From an uncultured delta proteobacterium (lineage in GTDB: Bacteria; Desulfobacterota; Syntrophia; Syntrophales; UBA2185), in assembly GCA_963729715.1 (NCBI GenBank), contig CAVSPA010000016.1, forward strand, positions 28,064 to 92,063: 64,000 nucleotides of DNA. Direction: 5' to 3'. The notes below the pieces were generated by a model. It had not been told where the DNA came from, did not search any database, and saw only the letters and a list, made by a program, of their open reading frames with translations. The position numbers were made by a program, and so were the translations under genes. This document shows positions 18,855 through 29,427 of the stretch, one piece after another (positions within the stretch are counted from its first letter, which is position 1; every line of letters begins with the position of its first letter).

Positions 18855-19952
18855 ATGCTGAACAATAAGACCGTTGCCGTTGTTATCCCTGCCTACAATG
18901 AAGAAAAACAGATCATTCACGTGATATCGACGATGCCGGATTTCGTAGATCGCATCATAGTGGTCAATGACTGTTCCACGGACAAGACCGCCGCAGCTGT
19001 TTCTGATTATATGACAAAACATGATACTTCCGCAGAAACCGTGTTTAAGAGACATAGGCCCGCGCATACCAAGTATAACCAGGCGGAGGTCGTCCTTCAT
19101 GAGATGGCGGAAAAAGAGATTGAATATTATATTCCTTCCGAAGTGGCAAACAGCAAACCCGAATCCGACAGGATCATACTCATTAACAATTTGATAAATG
19201 GCGGCGTAGGCGCCGCCATCGCAAGAGGATACAAATGGTGTCTTGACCATCAGATTTTTTGTACTGCCGTAATGGCCGGCGACGGACAAATGGATCCCGC
19301 GGAACTGGACTCCATCTGCCGTCCCGTGATTGATGACGGCATCGACTACGTAAAAGGGAATCGCCTCATCCACCGGAGTGCATGGCTGGTCGTACCGAAG
19401 ACAAGATATATCGGAAATGCCGTTCTTTCGATACTGACAAAGATAGCCTCAGGATACTGGCACGTCTCAGATACCCAATGCGGATATACCGCCATTTCAT
19501 TAAACGCCCTACAGGCCATCAGGATTCACGATATCTATCGCACTTACGGCGTGCCGAATGATATCCTGGTCAAACTGAATATCGCTCACTGCACGGCCAA
19601 AGAGGTAGGCATCAAGCCCATCTATAACGTAGGCGAGCAATCAAAGATGAAGGTCTCCAAGGTTATTCCGAAAATCTCCTGGCTCTTGCTTAAATCATTC
19701 TTCAAGCGGCTGTGGATCAAGTACCTACTGAAAGATTTTCACCCACTTTTTCTATTGTATCATTTTGCCTTTTTGCTCGGCATCATCGCAATTCCCTACG
19801 CAATCAAAATCGCCGGCATCGTTCTTTTCACCACAGATAGTGTGTCTCCGCTGACGATGCTGGCTTTTGCTTTTCTCTTTATCAGCTCTTTTCAGTCCCT
19901 CCTCTTTGCCATGTGGATGGACATTCAAGATAATGAAAGGTTGTATAAGTGA
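18855..19952 (+). CDS. GT2 polyprenyl-phosphate glycosyltransferase with two C-terminal TM helices
   Basis: [44 protein letters not shown]; hydrophobic C-terminus of GtrB/DPM-synthase type. Confidence 0.85.
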   Translation: MLNNKTVAVVIPAYNEEKQIIHVISTMPDFVDRIIVVNDCSTDKTAAAVSDYMTKHDTSAETVFKRHRPAHTKYNQAEVVLHEMAEKEIEYYIPSEVANSKPESDRIILINNLINGGVGAAIARGYKWCLDHQIFCTAVMAGDGQMDPAELDSICRPVIDDGIDYVKGNRLIHRSAWLVVPKTRYIGNAVLSILTKIASGYWHVSDTQCGYTAISLNALQAIRIHDIYRTYGVPNDILVKLNIAHCTAKEVGIKPIYNVGEQSKMKVSKVIPKISWLLLKSFFKRLWIKYLLKDFHPLFLLYHFAFLLGIIAIPYAIKIAGIVLFTTDSVSPLTMLAFAFLFISSFQSLLFAMWMDIQDNERLYK

Positions 19953-19956
19953 TGCT

Positions 19957-21573
19957 ATGAAGAACCGTAAAGATACTGCTTTTCCAAATGTGGCGGTCAT
20001 AGGCACAGGCTACTGGGGCAAGAATCTTGTCAGAAACTATGCAGAACTCGGCGCACTCAGGCTGATCTGCGACAAGAGCGAAACACTGCTCGCCGAGTTT
20101 AGGAAACGGCATCCTCAAATCGAGACATGCCTGGCTCTCAATGACGTCCTCGGCAGAGCAGATATTGCAGGAATCGCCATTGCCACACCGGCGGAGACCC
20201 ATTTCACTCTGGCAAGGGAAGCTCTCCTCGCGGGAAAGCACGTCTATGTTGAAAAGCCCCTTGTCCTCCTCGAGAGCCAAGCCGTCGAGCTGATCAATCT
20301 CGCAGCAGAACAGAGACTCACACTGATGGTCGGACACCTTCTCCAGTATCATCCTGCTTTCGTCAGGCTAAAAGAACTTGCTGCTGCAGGGGATCTCGGC
20401 AGGATCAACTATATCTATTCCCACCGTTTAAATCTCGGGAAGATCAGGCGGGAGGAAAACATCCTTTGGTCTTTTGCACCTCATGACATATCCATGATTC
20501 TCGCCTTGGCCGGAGAAGAGCCCGAAGGCGTCTTGGCAACCGGCGGAAACTACCTTCACAGAAAAATTGCCGATGTAACCACGACCCACCTTGAATTCCC
20601 GTCCGGCTTAAAGGCCCATATCTTTGTATCATGGCTTCACCCTTTCAAGGAACAGAAGCTTGTTGTAGTGGGCGAGCGGAAAATGGCGGTTTTCGATGAC
20701 ACGAGACCCTGGAATGAAAAGCTTCTCATCTATCCGCATGAGATTAAGTGGCGAAACTACATCCCTGTGCCGTCTACTGCCACCCCGGAATATGTCGATG
20801 TGACGGAGATGGAGCCCCTGAAGCTGGAATGTGAACATTTTCTCAATTGTATTACGACGGGCCAGACGCCTCTCACGGACGGACGGGAAGGACTGCGAGT
20901 GCTCATGGTTCTCAATGCCGGCCAGCGGTCTTTGAACGACTGCGGCAGAAAGGTTGAGATCAAACCTTCATCGGCAGGGAATGATGTTGCGCCATCCGGC
21001 CATATCGGGGACAACAGGAAGTACCAAGTCCATCCTACTGCGATTATCGACGATAATGTCTATATCGGAGAAGGCACCAGGGTATGGCATTTCTCCCACG
21101 TTCTTCCGGGGGCTGCCATCGGCAGCAATTGCAACATCGGCCAGAACGTTGTCATCGGCCAGGATGTGGTCATAGGAAACTCCTGTAAAGTCCAGAACAA
21201 TGTTTCCATATACAAAGGCGTCACTCTTGAGGACAACGTCTTCTGCGGACCGAGCATGGTGTTTACGAATGTCTTTAACCCCCGCGCCCATATCAGCCGC
21301 ATGAGAGAATTGAAACCCACGCTGATCAAGAGAGGCGTTACACTGGGGGCCAACTGCACTATTGTGTGCGGTCATACTGTCGGTCGATCCGCATTTGTGG
21401 GCGCCGGCGCCGTCGTAACTAAGGATGTGCCCGATTATGCCCTCATGATGGGCAACCCGGCCAGACAAACCGGGTGGATGTGCGAATGCGGAGAAAAGCT
21501 TCCTAAAAATCTGAAATGCCCCGCCTGTAAGAAAAGATATTCGGTATCGAAGAAGGGACTGCGGGTCGCGTGA
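19957..21573 (+). CDS. Fusion of Gfo/Idh/MocA NDP-sugar oxidoreductase (WbpB-like) and hexapeptide N-acetyltransferase (WbpD-like)
   Basis: GTGYWG, HVYVEKP and WSFAPHD. The C-terminal left-handed beta-helix reads VHPTAIID...WHFSHV...CNIGQN...FTNVFNPR...GNPAR, then CECG...CPAC. ATG 19957 follows the GT2 stop. Confidence 0.85.
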   Translation: MKNRKDTAFPNVAVIGTGYWGKNLVRNYAELGALRLICDKSETLLAEFRKRHPQIETCLALNDVLGRADIAGIAIATPAETHFTLAREALLAGKHVYVEKPLVLLESQAVELINLAAEQRLTLMVGHLLQYHPAFVRLKELAAAGDLGRINYIYSHRLNLGKIRREENILWSFAPHDISMILALAGEEPEGVLATGGNYLHRKIADVTTTHLEFPSGLKAHIFVSWLHPFKEQKLVVVGERKMAVFDDTRPWNEKLLIYPHEIKWRNYIPVPSTATPEYVDVTEMEPLKLECEHFLNCITTGQTPLTDGREGLRVLMVLNAGQRSLNDCGRKVEIKPSSAGNDVAPSGHIGDNRKYQVHPTAIIDDNVYIGEGTRVWHFSHVLPGAAIGSNCNIGQNVVIGQDVVIGNSCKVQNNVSIYKGVTLEDNVFCGPSMVFTNVFNPRAHISRMRELKPTLIKRGVTLGANCTIVCGHTVGRSAFVGAGAVVTKDVPDYALMMGNPARQTGWMCECGEKLPKNLKCPACKKRYSVSKKGLRVA

Positions 21574-21587
21574 AAAGGTTTTCATCG

Positions 21588-22691
21588 ATGAAGGTGCCGT
21601 TTGTAGATTTGCAGGCACAATACACAGCCATCAAGAATGAGATAGACCAGGCCATAGCCGATGTCATCGGCAAGGTGGCATTCATTGGCGGTCCTTGCGT
21701 AAGTCGATTTGAAGAGGATTTTGCATCCTACTGCAGCGCCCGGTACTGCATAGGGGTGGGTAACGGCACAGATGCCCTGTATATCGCTCTCCGCGCTTTG
21801 GGTATAGAGCGGGGCGACGAGGTTATCACTGTTGCGAATTCCTTCATAGCCACCTCAGAGGCGATCACCATGACCGGTGCCAAGGTCGTCTTTGCGGACT
21901 GCGATCCGGAGACGTACAACATCGATACGGAACACGCATCCCGTCTCGTGTCACCGCGTACTAAGGCTATCGTCCCGGTCCATCTTTACGGGAGACCTGC
22001 AGATATGTCGTCCATTACCAATCTTGCCGGCAAGCACGGATTATTTATTGTCGAGGACGCCGCCCAAGCCCACGGGGCGGAGATCAATGGCCGGCGCGTC
22101 GGCGCCATAGGACATGCGGGATGCTTCAGTTTTTATCCTGCCAAGAATCTGGGGGCGTACGGTGATGGGGGCGCGATCGTCACCAACGACGAAGCATTAG
22201 CAACCAAATGCCGGATGATTGCCAACCACGGGCGGCTCAGCAAGTATGACCATGAGCTCGAAGGCGTGAACAGCCGGCTCGATACTCTGCAGGCAGCCAT
22301 CCTGAAAGCAAAACTGAAACATCTCGAAATATGGACGGAGGGCCGCAGGGCCGCAGCAGACTGCTACTGTGATCTACTGAAAGACAGCCCGGTCGTAACG
22401 CCCGTCGTGAGCCAAGGCGCAAGACACGTCTATCACCTTTTCGTTGTCCGTGTTAAGAACCGGGAAGCTGTCATGCGGGAACTAAAGAGCCGTGGAATCG
22501 AAACGGGCATCCATTATCCTATAGCATTGCCCAACCTTATGGCCTACCGGCATCTGGGGCACAGGTCGGAGGATTTTCCCGTTGCCACCGCATATTCACA
22601 GGAGATCCTCAGCCTCCCCATGTTTCCGGAAATCAGCAAAGATCAGCTTGAGTACGTCTGCAGTCAACTGAGGCATGCTACAGGCGGCTGA
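21588..22691 (+). CDS. DegT/DnrJ/EryC1/StrS NDP-sugar aminotransferase (WbpE-like)
   Basis: VPFVDL, NGTDAL, PVHLYG, EDAAQAHG, SFYPAKNLGAYGDGG, NSRLDTLQA, LSLPMFP. Alternative GTG start at 21570. Confidence 0.92.
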   Translation: MKVPFVDLQAQYTAIKNEIDQAIADVIGKVAFIGGPCVSRFEEDFASYCSARYCIGVGNGTDALYIALRALGIERGDEVITVANSFIATSEAITMTGAKVVFADCDPETYNIDTEHASRLVSPRTKAIVPVHLYGRPADMSSITNLAGKHGLFIVEDAAQAHGAEINGRRVGAIGHAGCFSFYPAKNLGAYGDGGAIVTNDEALATKCRMIANHGRLSKYDHELEGVNSRLDTLQAAILKAKLKHLEIWTEGRRAAADCYCDLLKDSPVVTPVVSQGARHVYHLFVVRVKNREAVMRELKSRGIETGIHYPIALPNLMAYRHLGHRSEDFPVATAYSQEILSLPMFPEISKDQLEYVCSQLRHATGG

Positions 22692-22705
22692 GGAGAAGGA
22701 CTTGT

Positions 22706-23689
22706 ATGTTGAAGATCGCCCAAATAGGTGTGGGTTACTGGGGACCGAACATTCTCAGAAATCTCGCGGAAAATAAGAGATGCCGTGTAACAGCCGCGGT
22801 CGACCTTGACCCCGAGAGGCGTGACTACGTCCACAGGCTGTATCCTGCAATAAAGGTCACCAACAGTATAGAAGATGTCCTAAGAGATCCGGAAACAGAC
22901 GCTGTCGTCATTGCCACACCGGTAGCTTCCCATTTTGATCTTGCCGTGAAGGCACTGGAAGCTGGAAAGCACATCCTGGTGGAGAAGCCGATGGCAAGAA
23001 GTGTGGCCGAAGTCGAAGAGATCGGGAAAATAGCAGACAGGAAAAAGCGGGTGGCTATGGCAGGGCATACCTTTCTTTTCAATGCAGCCGTCCGTTACGT
23101 GAAAGGCTTGATCGATTCCGGCGGTCTCGGAAATATCCGTTACATATACAGCCACAGGCTGAACCTGGGACGCATCCGGACAGACGTCGACGCCTTGTGG
23201 AACTTCGCACCCCACGACATCAGCATCATCCAGTATTGGCTGGACAATGCAACACCTGTATCCGTTGTAAAGCGCGGCGTCGATTTCATACAGAAAGGGA
23301 TCGACGACGTGGTCTTTATGAACATACTTTATCCGGACAGGGTCATGGCAAACATCCATGTGAGCTGGCTTGACCCCAATAAGATCCGTTCCATAACCGT
23401 TGTGGGTTCAAAAAAAATGGTGGTCTATGATGACGTTGCCGACAACAAAGTCGCTATTTATGACAAAGGAATAGACCGTATGGCAGTCCTCGGCAAGGAC
23501 ATGGACTATGATAACCAGCGTTTTCCCGCTTTCAATTACCGGTCCGGAGACGTTCTTTTGCCGAAGATAGATTTTCAGGAACCTTTAAAGGTAGAGATAG
23601 ATCACTTCATCGATTGTATAGAAAAGGGAATCCCCTGTATCACCGGCATCGAACATACAAAGAAGGTCGTCGCCATCCTCGCGTCATAA
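22706..23689 (+). CDS. Second Gfo/Idh/MocA NDP-sugar oxidoreductase
   Basis: [25 protein letters not shown] (shared with the 19957 gene), WNFAPHD; AGGAG RBS. Confidence 0.88.
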   Translation: MLKIAQIGVGYWGPNILRNLAENKRCRVTAAVDLDPERRDYVHRLYPAIKVTNSIEDVLRDPETDAVVIATPVASHFDLAVKALEAGKHILVEKPMARSVAEVEEIGKIADRKKRVAMAGHTFLFNAAVRYVKGLIDSGGLGNIRYIYSHRLNLGRIRTDVDALWNFAPHDISIIQYWLDNATPVSVVKRGVDFIQKGIDDVVFMNILYPDRVMANIHVSWLDPNKIRSITVVGSKKMVVYDDVADNKVAIYDKGIDRMAVLGKDMDYDNQRFPAFNYRSGDVLLPKIDFQEPLKVEIDHFIDCIEKGIPCITGIEHTKKVVAILAS

Positions 23690-23717
23690 GAGCGGGCGCA
23701 GGCCTGCATAGAGATCA

Positions 23718-25655
23718 TTATCTCGACGGTTTCTGCAGATAGTGTTCCAATTCAAAAACAGGCGCTGACAGGTCGCCTTCAATAAACATCCGGAACCATA
23801 TTTCCATGCCGAGCGCCAGCCAGAGAAAGAAATAGTGCCACCGCAGCCGCGGATGGGGCGGATGATCCATGATGCTCTTCAGGTAGTCGTAATTCAGTAT
23901 CCCTCTCTCTTCCACGCGTTTCCTCGTCAGGACCCGCTCGGCAACTGTCTTCAAATCCTTCTGGAACTGATAGTAGGGATTGAAGCTGAAGCCCCATTTC
24001 TTTTTTCTTAATGTATGTTCCGGCAAGACCCCTTCCATCGCATTTCGGAAAAGGTCCTTGAGCCGGTTCCCTTTCATTTTCAACTCTGCTGGTATGGACA
24101 TGGCAAATTGCACCAGATCTCTGTCAAGGAATGGTACGCGAACTTCCAGACCGTTTGCCATGGAAGTGCGATCTTCATTCATCAGAAAATCTTCCTGCAT
24201 TTTGGTATTAAACTCCGCCCATAGCACCTTATCTAGGACGCTTCCACAATTTGGAGAAAAGAAATGGTCGAATTGTGTGTGGGTCTTCTTGAGGTTCTGT
24301 CTCAAAAGCACGGGTCCATAAATATTTTCATAAGCTCTCTCATCGTAATCCCAGACATTTCTCAGAATCAGATAGTACCGGGCTGGGTCGCCGAGGGAAA
24401 GAAGCATCTGCAAGCCCCGGCGGTACTCATCAAGGGACAATGATCCCCATGCATTCTCGGCAGAGAAGATGAACCTGCTGAGCGGCTGGAATAGCCATGA
24501 GTCCAGAGCTCTCGGCACCGCGGGATAGATAAGGCTTGCAGGATAGATGTATCTGTGAAGCTCGTAGCCCGCAAAGAGCTCGTCCCCGCCCAGCCCGCTG
24601 AGACAGACCTTCACGTGACTCTTGGCAAATCTGGACAGGAGAAACCCCTGCAGGATGTTTTCCTTTGGCTCTTCCGCATGCCAGATAACCTCCGGAAACT
24701 GACGCAGGGGGTCAGGTGATATGCTTATTTCATGATGATCCGTCTTGAAATGATCTGATATGATACGGGCATCCTCCAATTCATCCGTAGGCTCATTGAA
24801 TCCCATAGAAAATGTCTTGACGGGTTCACTGGAAAGTTCGCTCATGTACTTAACCAAGGCGCTCGAATCAAGCCCACCTGAAAGATACACCCCGAGGGGC
24901 ACATCGCTTATTTTTTGTTTCCGGACTGCTTCGCGAAGATAATGCCTTATTCCCTCCACACAGTGGTTCTCATCTGCGGGAACATTCTTCGCCCTTTCGA
25001 GATTGAAATAACGATGTGTCGAAATGGCGCCATTCTCATATAGCATGTAATGGGCAGGCAAAAGTCTCTTGACGCCTTTAAAAAGTGTCCCCTCGCCCGG
25101 AATGAAACGCAGATTAAAAAAATAATGGATGGACTGGTAATCAGGCTCCCGCAACACTGCGGGGTCCTGAAGGATCGCCTTGATTTCGGAAGCGAAGCGC
25201 AGCGTCCGGCCGTCAAAATGATAATGCAGGGGCTTTATGCCGAAATAATCCCTGACCAAGAGAAGTCTCTTATTCCTTACATCCCAGAGGGCAAAGGCGA
25301 AGATGCCATCCAGCCTTATCAAGAATTCAGGCCCGTACTCCTCGTATCCGTGAATCAGCACCTCGGTATCACTCTTGGTCGCAAAGATGTGTCCGCGCTC
25401 CTGAAGCTCCCGGCGCAGATCCTCAAAGTTATATATCTCTCCATTGAAGACTACCCAGATCGTCCGATCCTCGTTCGTCATGGGCTGATCGCCCGTCGCA
25501 AGATCGATGATAGACAGGCGGCGATGCCCCAGTATAACTCCCTCTCCCCGATAGACGCCTTCACCATCCGGCCCGCGGTGCGCGAGGGAACGGTTCATTC
25601 TTTCAATCGTGGCGGGGTCGGCGCCCGGGCCGATTATGCCGCAAATACCGCACAT
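23718..25655 (-). CDS. AsnB-family glutamine amidotransferase (probably glycan amidation, WbpS-like)
   Basis: MCGICG N-terminus, HRGPDG, RLSIID, FNGEIYN, LSGGLDSS, SGLGGDELFAGY, EVRVPFLD. TGATG coupling to the upstream methyltransferase. Confidence 0.9.
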   Translation of the reverse strand: MCGICGIIGPGADPATIERMNRSLAHRGPDGEGVYRGEGVILGHRRLSIIDLATGDQPMTNEDRTIWVVFNGEIYNFEDLRRELQERGHIFATKSDTEVLIHGYEEYGPEFLIRLDGIFAFALWDVRNKRLLLVRDYFGIKPLHYHFDGRTLRFASEIKAILQDPAVLREPDYQSIHYFFNLRFIPGEGTLFKGVKRLLPAHYMLYENGAISTHRYFNLERAKNVPADENHCVEGIRHYLREAVRKQKISDVPLGVYLSGGLDSSALVKYMSELSSEPVKTFSMGFNEPTDELEDARIISDHFKTDHHEISISPDPLRQFPEVIWHAEEPKENILQGFLLSRFAKSHVKVCLSGLGGDELFAGYELHRYIYPASLIYPAVPRALDSWLFQPLSRFIFSAENAWGSLSLDEYRRGLQMLLSLGDPARYYLILRNVWDYDERAYENIYGPVLLRQNLKKTHTQFDHFFSPNCGSVLDKVLWAEFNTKMQEDFLMNEDRTSMANGLEVRVPFLDRDLVQFAMSIPAELKMKGNRLKDLFRNAMEGVLPEHTLRKKKWGFSFNPYYQFQKDLKTVAERVLTRKRVEERGILNYDYLKSIMDHPPHPRLRWHYFFLWLALGMEIWFRMFIEGDLSAPVFELEHYLQKPSR

Positions 25656-26383
25656 CAAAGACTCCTTTCGTTTCCCGAGGGCTTGATCCAGATGTGGACG
25701 TGGGTCGGTGATAGACGGTAAGAAACAGCACTTAACACCGCAAAAGGGAGGACTCCGGAAAATGGAAATTTCCCGCGGATGACAAAGGGGGTGAGATGAA
25801 CATAGCGCCAGCCGGCAAGGGCGGGAATATTAAAGCCTCTCTCAAACCAGGCTGAGACGAGAGGTAAGCTGGCCCTGGCATAGGCCCACCAGCTTTCGCG
25901 AATATCCCTCCCGGCAAATTCTGCAAGGGCATAGACCTTTTTCAAAAGCGGCCCATTTGTTATGGTGATGCACAAAAGGCCCCCCGGCGCTACACACCTC
26001 GTCATATCGGTTATGGCAGCCTCGTAATCAGGCAGCTCTTCAATGACGCTGAGACACGTGACCAGGTCGAAACTGCCTGCGGAAAAAGGGAGGTGCGAGG
26101 CTTCGGCCTGTATGAATCTGACAAGCCCCGTACGATCGCGCGCCCGGAGATAGAGTTCTGATCGGATATCACAGCCGATCCGCAGGCTGTTATCATCTCC
26201 GAGATAAGCTAATTTCAAGCCTGAGCCGCATCCTACGTCAAGAATCCGCGGGTGTGCCGGCCATACACCTGCATTCTTCATGGCTTGATGCAGCCGCCCC
26301 GCCAGTTTCCTGCGCTGATCAACATCCATCAATTCCTGATCATATTCGGCGCGCAAGTCCTCCTCGAAATATCTATCAGGCAT
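25655..26383 (-). CDS. Class I SAM-dependent methyltransferase
   Basis: ILDVGCGSG, LPFSAGSFDLV and VAPGG motifs. Confidence 0.85.
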   Translation of the reverse strand: MPDRYFEEDLRAEYDQELMDVDQRRKLAGRLHQAMKNAGVWPAHPRILDVGCGSGLKLAYLGDDNSLRIGCDIRSELYLRARDRTGLVRFIQAEASHLPFSAGSFDLVTCLSVIEELPDYEAAITDMTRCVAPGGLLCITITNGPLLKKVYALAEFAGRDIRESWWAYARASLPLVSAWFERGFNIPALAGWRYVHLTPFVIRGKFPFSGVLPFAVLSAVSYRLSPTHVHIWIKPSGNERSL

Positions 26384-27599
26384 ACATCTCTCCTACCACC
26401 TCTCTTACGGAACCAACAACTGCCCGGACCTGCTTTTCCGTCATCGCGGGATGATTGGGAAGATTAATGACGCTCGCCGCCCAGTGTCCGGCATGAGGAA
26501 AGAGGTTGGGAGAATAGCCCTTCTCGCGGTAACACTCAAGTCCAGGGATCACATAATCCAAGATTGTGCTTCCCTGAATACCCCGTTTCCGTAATGACGC
26601 CAGAATGCGGACGCGATCCTCCGGTCGTTTCAATCGTATGCTGTAAATGGTATACGTCGATCCTTCCGTCCACGGCAGCAGCTGGATTTCCGGCAATCCC
26701 GCAAATTCCCGTTCATAAATCTCGGCAATCTCCTTCCGTCTGCTCATGAACGCGGAAACCCGGCGGAGCTGCTCCTTGCCGATCGCTGCTTCGAGAGGGA
26801 GCATCATTGTCTCACTATCTGCAGGAAGGCGTACGGCTTCACGGGACCTGAGCGTCATCAGGTAGCTCTTTAGGGGGGTATCGGTATTCACCAGAGCGTC
26901 GGTGAGACGAACAAAAGGAACGGATAAGGCAGCCCAGGAGGCGACAAAATATAGCCAGCGCATTACTCCCGCCATACCGGATCGTCTCGTGAATGTCGCG
27001 TTGCGGTATCTGCGGACGGATTGGGCCAGGCTTTCCCGGTTTGTCAGAAATGCCCCCCCGTAAAGAGACGTCATAGGCTTTCCGATCCCGAAAGCAAGAA
27101 AGGCGCCATCACCGCATCCGGCAAGCATCTCGCGATTCCACCTCGCATCAAAACACTGGCAGCAGTCGATAAAGATGATGGCATTTTTGTTGCGGCGGCG
27201 TATTGCCTCGGATAAACTGGCAGCGTCAAAACTCATTCCGAAAATACTCGTCGGAATAACCGCAGCCGTCCGGGACGTAGCTCTGTCAATCATCTGCCCG
27301 GCGTCCTGGTTAGGTGAATCAGGCAATGTATCGACAAAGACGGGATTGTACTCTGCCACAAACGAAGCATGGGCAACCACGACGCAATTGTACGCAGGCT
27401 GGATCACTTCACCCCCAGGCCTGTCGATGGCCTTAAGGGCCGCGTACAAGGCGCTGCGGCCGTAAGGAAACACAATCGCGTGTCGGAGGCCGAAATATGC
27501 CGCCAGTTCTTTTTCAAACTCTTCCATGGCGCCGCTGTCATGGAAAACGGACGCCCTCAGCTCACGGTAACCGTAATTTGGTCTGCTTGCAGGAATCAT
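26376..27599 (-). CDS. Divergent DegT-family PLP-dependent enzyme
   Basis: FEKELAAYFG, GRSALY, PAYNC.VV, IDCCQC (for EDAAQA), AFGIGKPMT..GG (catalytic Lys position), NLPNHP. ATG 27599 preferred over the overlapping 27692. Confidence 0.75.
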   Translation of the reverse strand: MIPASRPNYGYRELRASVFHDSGAMEEFEKELAAYFGLRHAIVFPYGRSALYAALKAIDRPGGEVIQPAYNCVVVAHASFVAEYNPVFVDTLPDSPNQDAGQMIDRATSRTAAVIPTSIFGMSFDAASLSEAIRRRNKNAIIFIDCCQCFDARWNREMLAGCGDGAFLAFGIGKPMTSLYGGAFLTNRESLAQSVRRYRNATFTRRSGMAGVMRWLYFVASWAALSVPFVRLTDALVNTDTPLKSYLMTLRSREAVRLPADSETMMLPLEAAIGKEQLRRVSAFMSRRKEIAEIYEREFAGLPEIQLLPWTEGSTYTIYSIRLKRPEDRVRILASLRKRGIQGSTILDYVIPGLECYREKGYSPNLFPHAGHWAASVINLPNHPAMTEKQVRAVVGSVREVVGEMYA

Positions 27600-27637
27600 C
27601 TCAGTTTGTCTATAGCTTCTTATATGAATCGCAACTT

Positions 27638-28705
27638 CTAAAGAGGCACTCCGCATTTCTGCAATCGTTTGACTGCAATGACTACTCCCCATATAGCCGC
27701 GGTCAATAATGACCAGATAATGATATAAACGCGTTGGTAAAACAGTCCAGCCAGGACCTGCTCACGATTCAAACCCAATGCTTCAAAAAGAACCAGTCCG
27801 CCTCCCTCATAGATGCCCAGGCCACTTAGGCTCACGGGAATATGTGTAAGAATGGAAAGGGAGTTGGTTATACATATCGTGGTGAAGAAAGGTGGGCTCA
27901 CGTTGGCTGCCATGAGGGCGAAGATTAGGGTAAGACCTGAAATGATACTCCTGAAGCCGCCTATTAGAATATTCGCATAAAGGTCTTTTCGATCTCCCCT
28001 GAAATATAGGGTGAAAGACGCCCAGAACCTTTTCGTTGCCGAGAACTTGTCAAACAGCGACGGGCCAAATCGCACAGCAACCCAGATCAAACATCCAAGA
28101 AGCAACGCCATTATCCCCATGAGAGCCGCTACGAATAAAGGCTTTACAGGCAGGACGCAGATCAGCGTAAAGGGCGTAAATATAAACAGAGCGATCACCA
28201 TTGTAATAAATCTATCCATAAGGATTGCGGAGACGCTCGTATGAACCGGTATCAGACTCTGCCTCGCAAGACCGACCATCGTAAAATCGCCGAAAATTGC
28301 CGGGGCGAGAGACCCGACTGATCCTGCCAAAAAGAAATAGCCCGTAAAAAGCCGGAGGCTTATCGGGCTGAACCCTCGAAAAAGGACCCACAATTTAAGA
28401 CCGCCCAAAAAGACATAAAACAGGCTGAAGCCGATCATGGCTATGATAGGAAGAATTTTGGGCGATACAACAACTTCCTCAAAAATGCCCAAATCAACAG
28501 ATTTGAAAATCCACAAGAGAAGAAGAACGCTGACCGCAAAACGAAAGATAAAGGAGAAGATTTTTTGCCATCTGGGCTTCGCTCGCTGAACTTCCTTGCT
28601 GTCAATGCCCCCGTTTTCGGCTCCTTCGTCACGCCTCATAGGCTGCCCGGCATCTTCCTTATTGTCGTGGCTGCGACCCTCACCAGATTCCGTATAATCG
28701 CTCAT
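27638..28705 (-). CDS. UPF0104 / lysylphosphatidylglycerol-synthase TM-domain protein (putative flippase)
   Basis: About 8 TM helices; P..FGD, SAILMDR and IPVSLSGLGIYEG motifs typical of the family. Confidence 0.75.
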   Translation of the reverse strand: MSDYTESGEGRSHDNKEDAGQPMRRDEGAENGGIDSKEVQRAKPRWQKIFSFIFRFAVSVLLLLWIFKSVDLGIFEEVVVSPKILPIIAMIGFSLFYVFLGGLKLWVLFRGFSPISLRLFTGYFFLAGSVGSLAPAIFGDFTMVGLARQSLIPVHTSVSAILMDRFITMVIALFIFTPFTLICVLPVKPLFVAALMGIMALLLGCLIWVAVRFGPSLFDKFSATKRFWASFTLYFRGDRKDLYANILIGGFRSIISGLTLIFALMAANVSPPFFTTICITNSLSILTHIPVSLSGLGIYEGGGLVLFEALGLNREQVLAGLFYQRVYIIIWSLLTAAIWGVVIAVKRLQKCGVPL

Positions 28706-28722
28706 GTCGCATTATAATGTTT

Positions 28723-29424
28723 TTACTGTTTCTTGGCCAACAATATAAACCAGGGCATCCAGTATCTATTTATTTTCGTCGTCGGCATTGTGTCCGCAAT
28801 GATATTCTGAATCGTCTGAAGTATTGACGGCTTTTTGAAGTAGATGTTTACAAATCTAAAGTACTTGATTTCGAAGTTCAGCTCTTTTAGCATGGCTGTC
28901 AATTTCCTCGGATGGACGGGGACGTCGTTGGTGCTTCGATACCGTCGATACAGGAAGGCATATCTCATGAAGAAATATCTCTGGGGGTGATAGTAATTCG
29001 GCTCCATGCAGTAGAAATAGCCGCCCGGAACAATAATTCTACTCAATTCACTGAGCGAGTTCGCAAACGGAAATAAATGATGCAGTGTGGCAGGAAGGCA
29101 AATCATGTCAAAGCTTGCGGTCTTCAATGGCACCGCGAAGGCACTGCCGCATATCTTTTCATAGGGATAAAGAGAGAGTACCTGCGATGCAATGTCCAGA
29201 CCGAAGAGAGAAATATGATTATGCACGTACCTTGCCGCCAACGCCTGCGAGAATTGGCCAGAGGCGCAGCCGACCTCACAGATATGGGCTTTCCCGAATT
29301 GACCGATCACGGAATCAATCGGTTGGAGCATGGCGTCGAGGTCCTTTTCCAGATAGGGGGAATAACCGGAAGTGAACCTGTTGAAATATGCGAGATCTTT
29401 TTCCGAATATGATTTTTCCTGCAC
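28723..29424 (-). CDS. Class I SAM-dependent methyltransferase
   Basis: ICEVGCASG, GLDIA, SFDMI...LHH, IVPGG...EPN. Confidence 0.8.
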   Translation of the reverse strand: MQEKSYSEKDLAYFNRFTSGYSPYLEKDLDAMLQPIDSVIGQFGKAHICEVGCASGQFSQALAARYVHNHISLFGLDIASQVLSLYPYEKICGSAFAVPLKTASFDMICLPATLHHLFPFANSLSELSRIIVPGGYFYCMEPNYYHPQRYFFMRYAFLYRRYRSTNDVPVHPRKLTAMLKELNFEIKYFRFVNIYFKKPSILQTIQNIIADTMPTTKINRYWMPWFILLAKKQ

Positions 29425-29427
29425 CGA

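Noticed and set aside
23718..25655. Housekeeping asparagine synthetase asnB
   Set aside because: Translational coupling to a glycan-tailoring operon favours a sugar amidotransferase, so no gene symbol was assigned.
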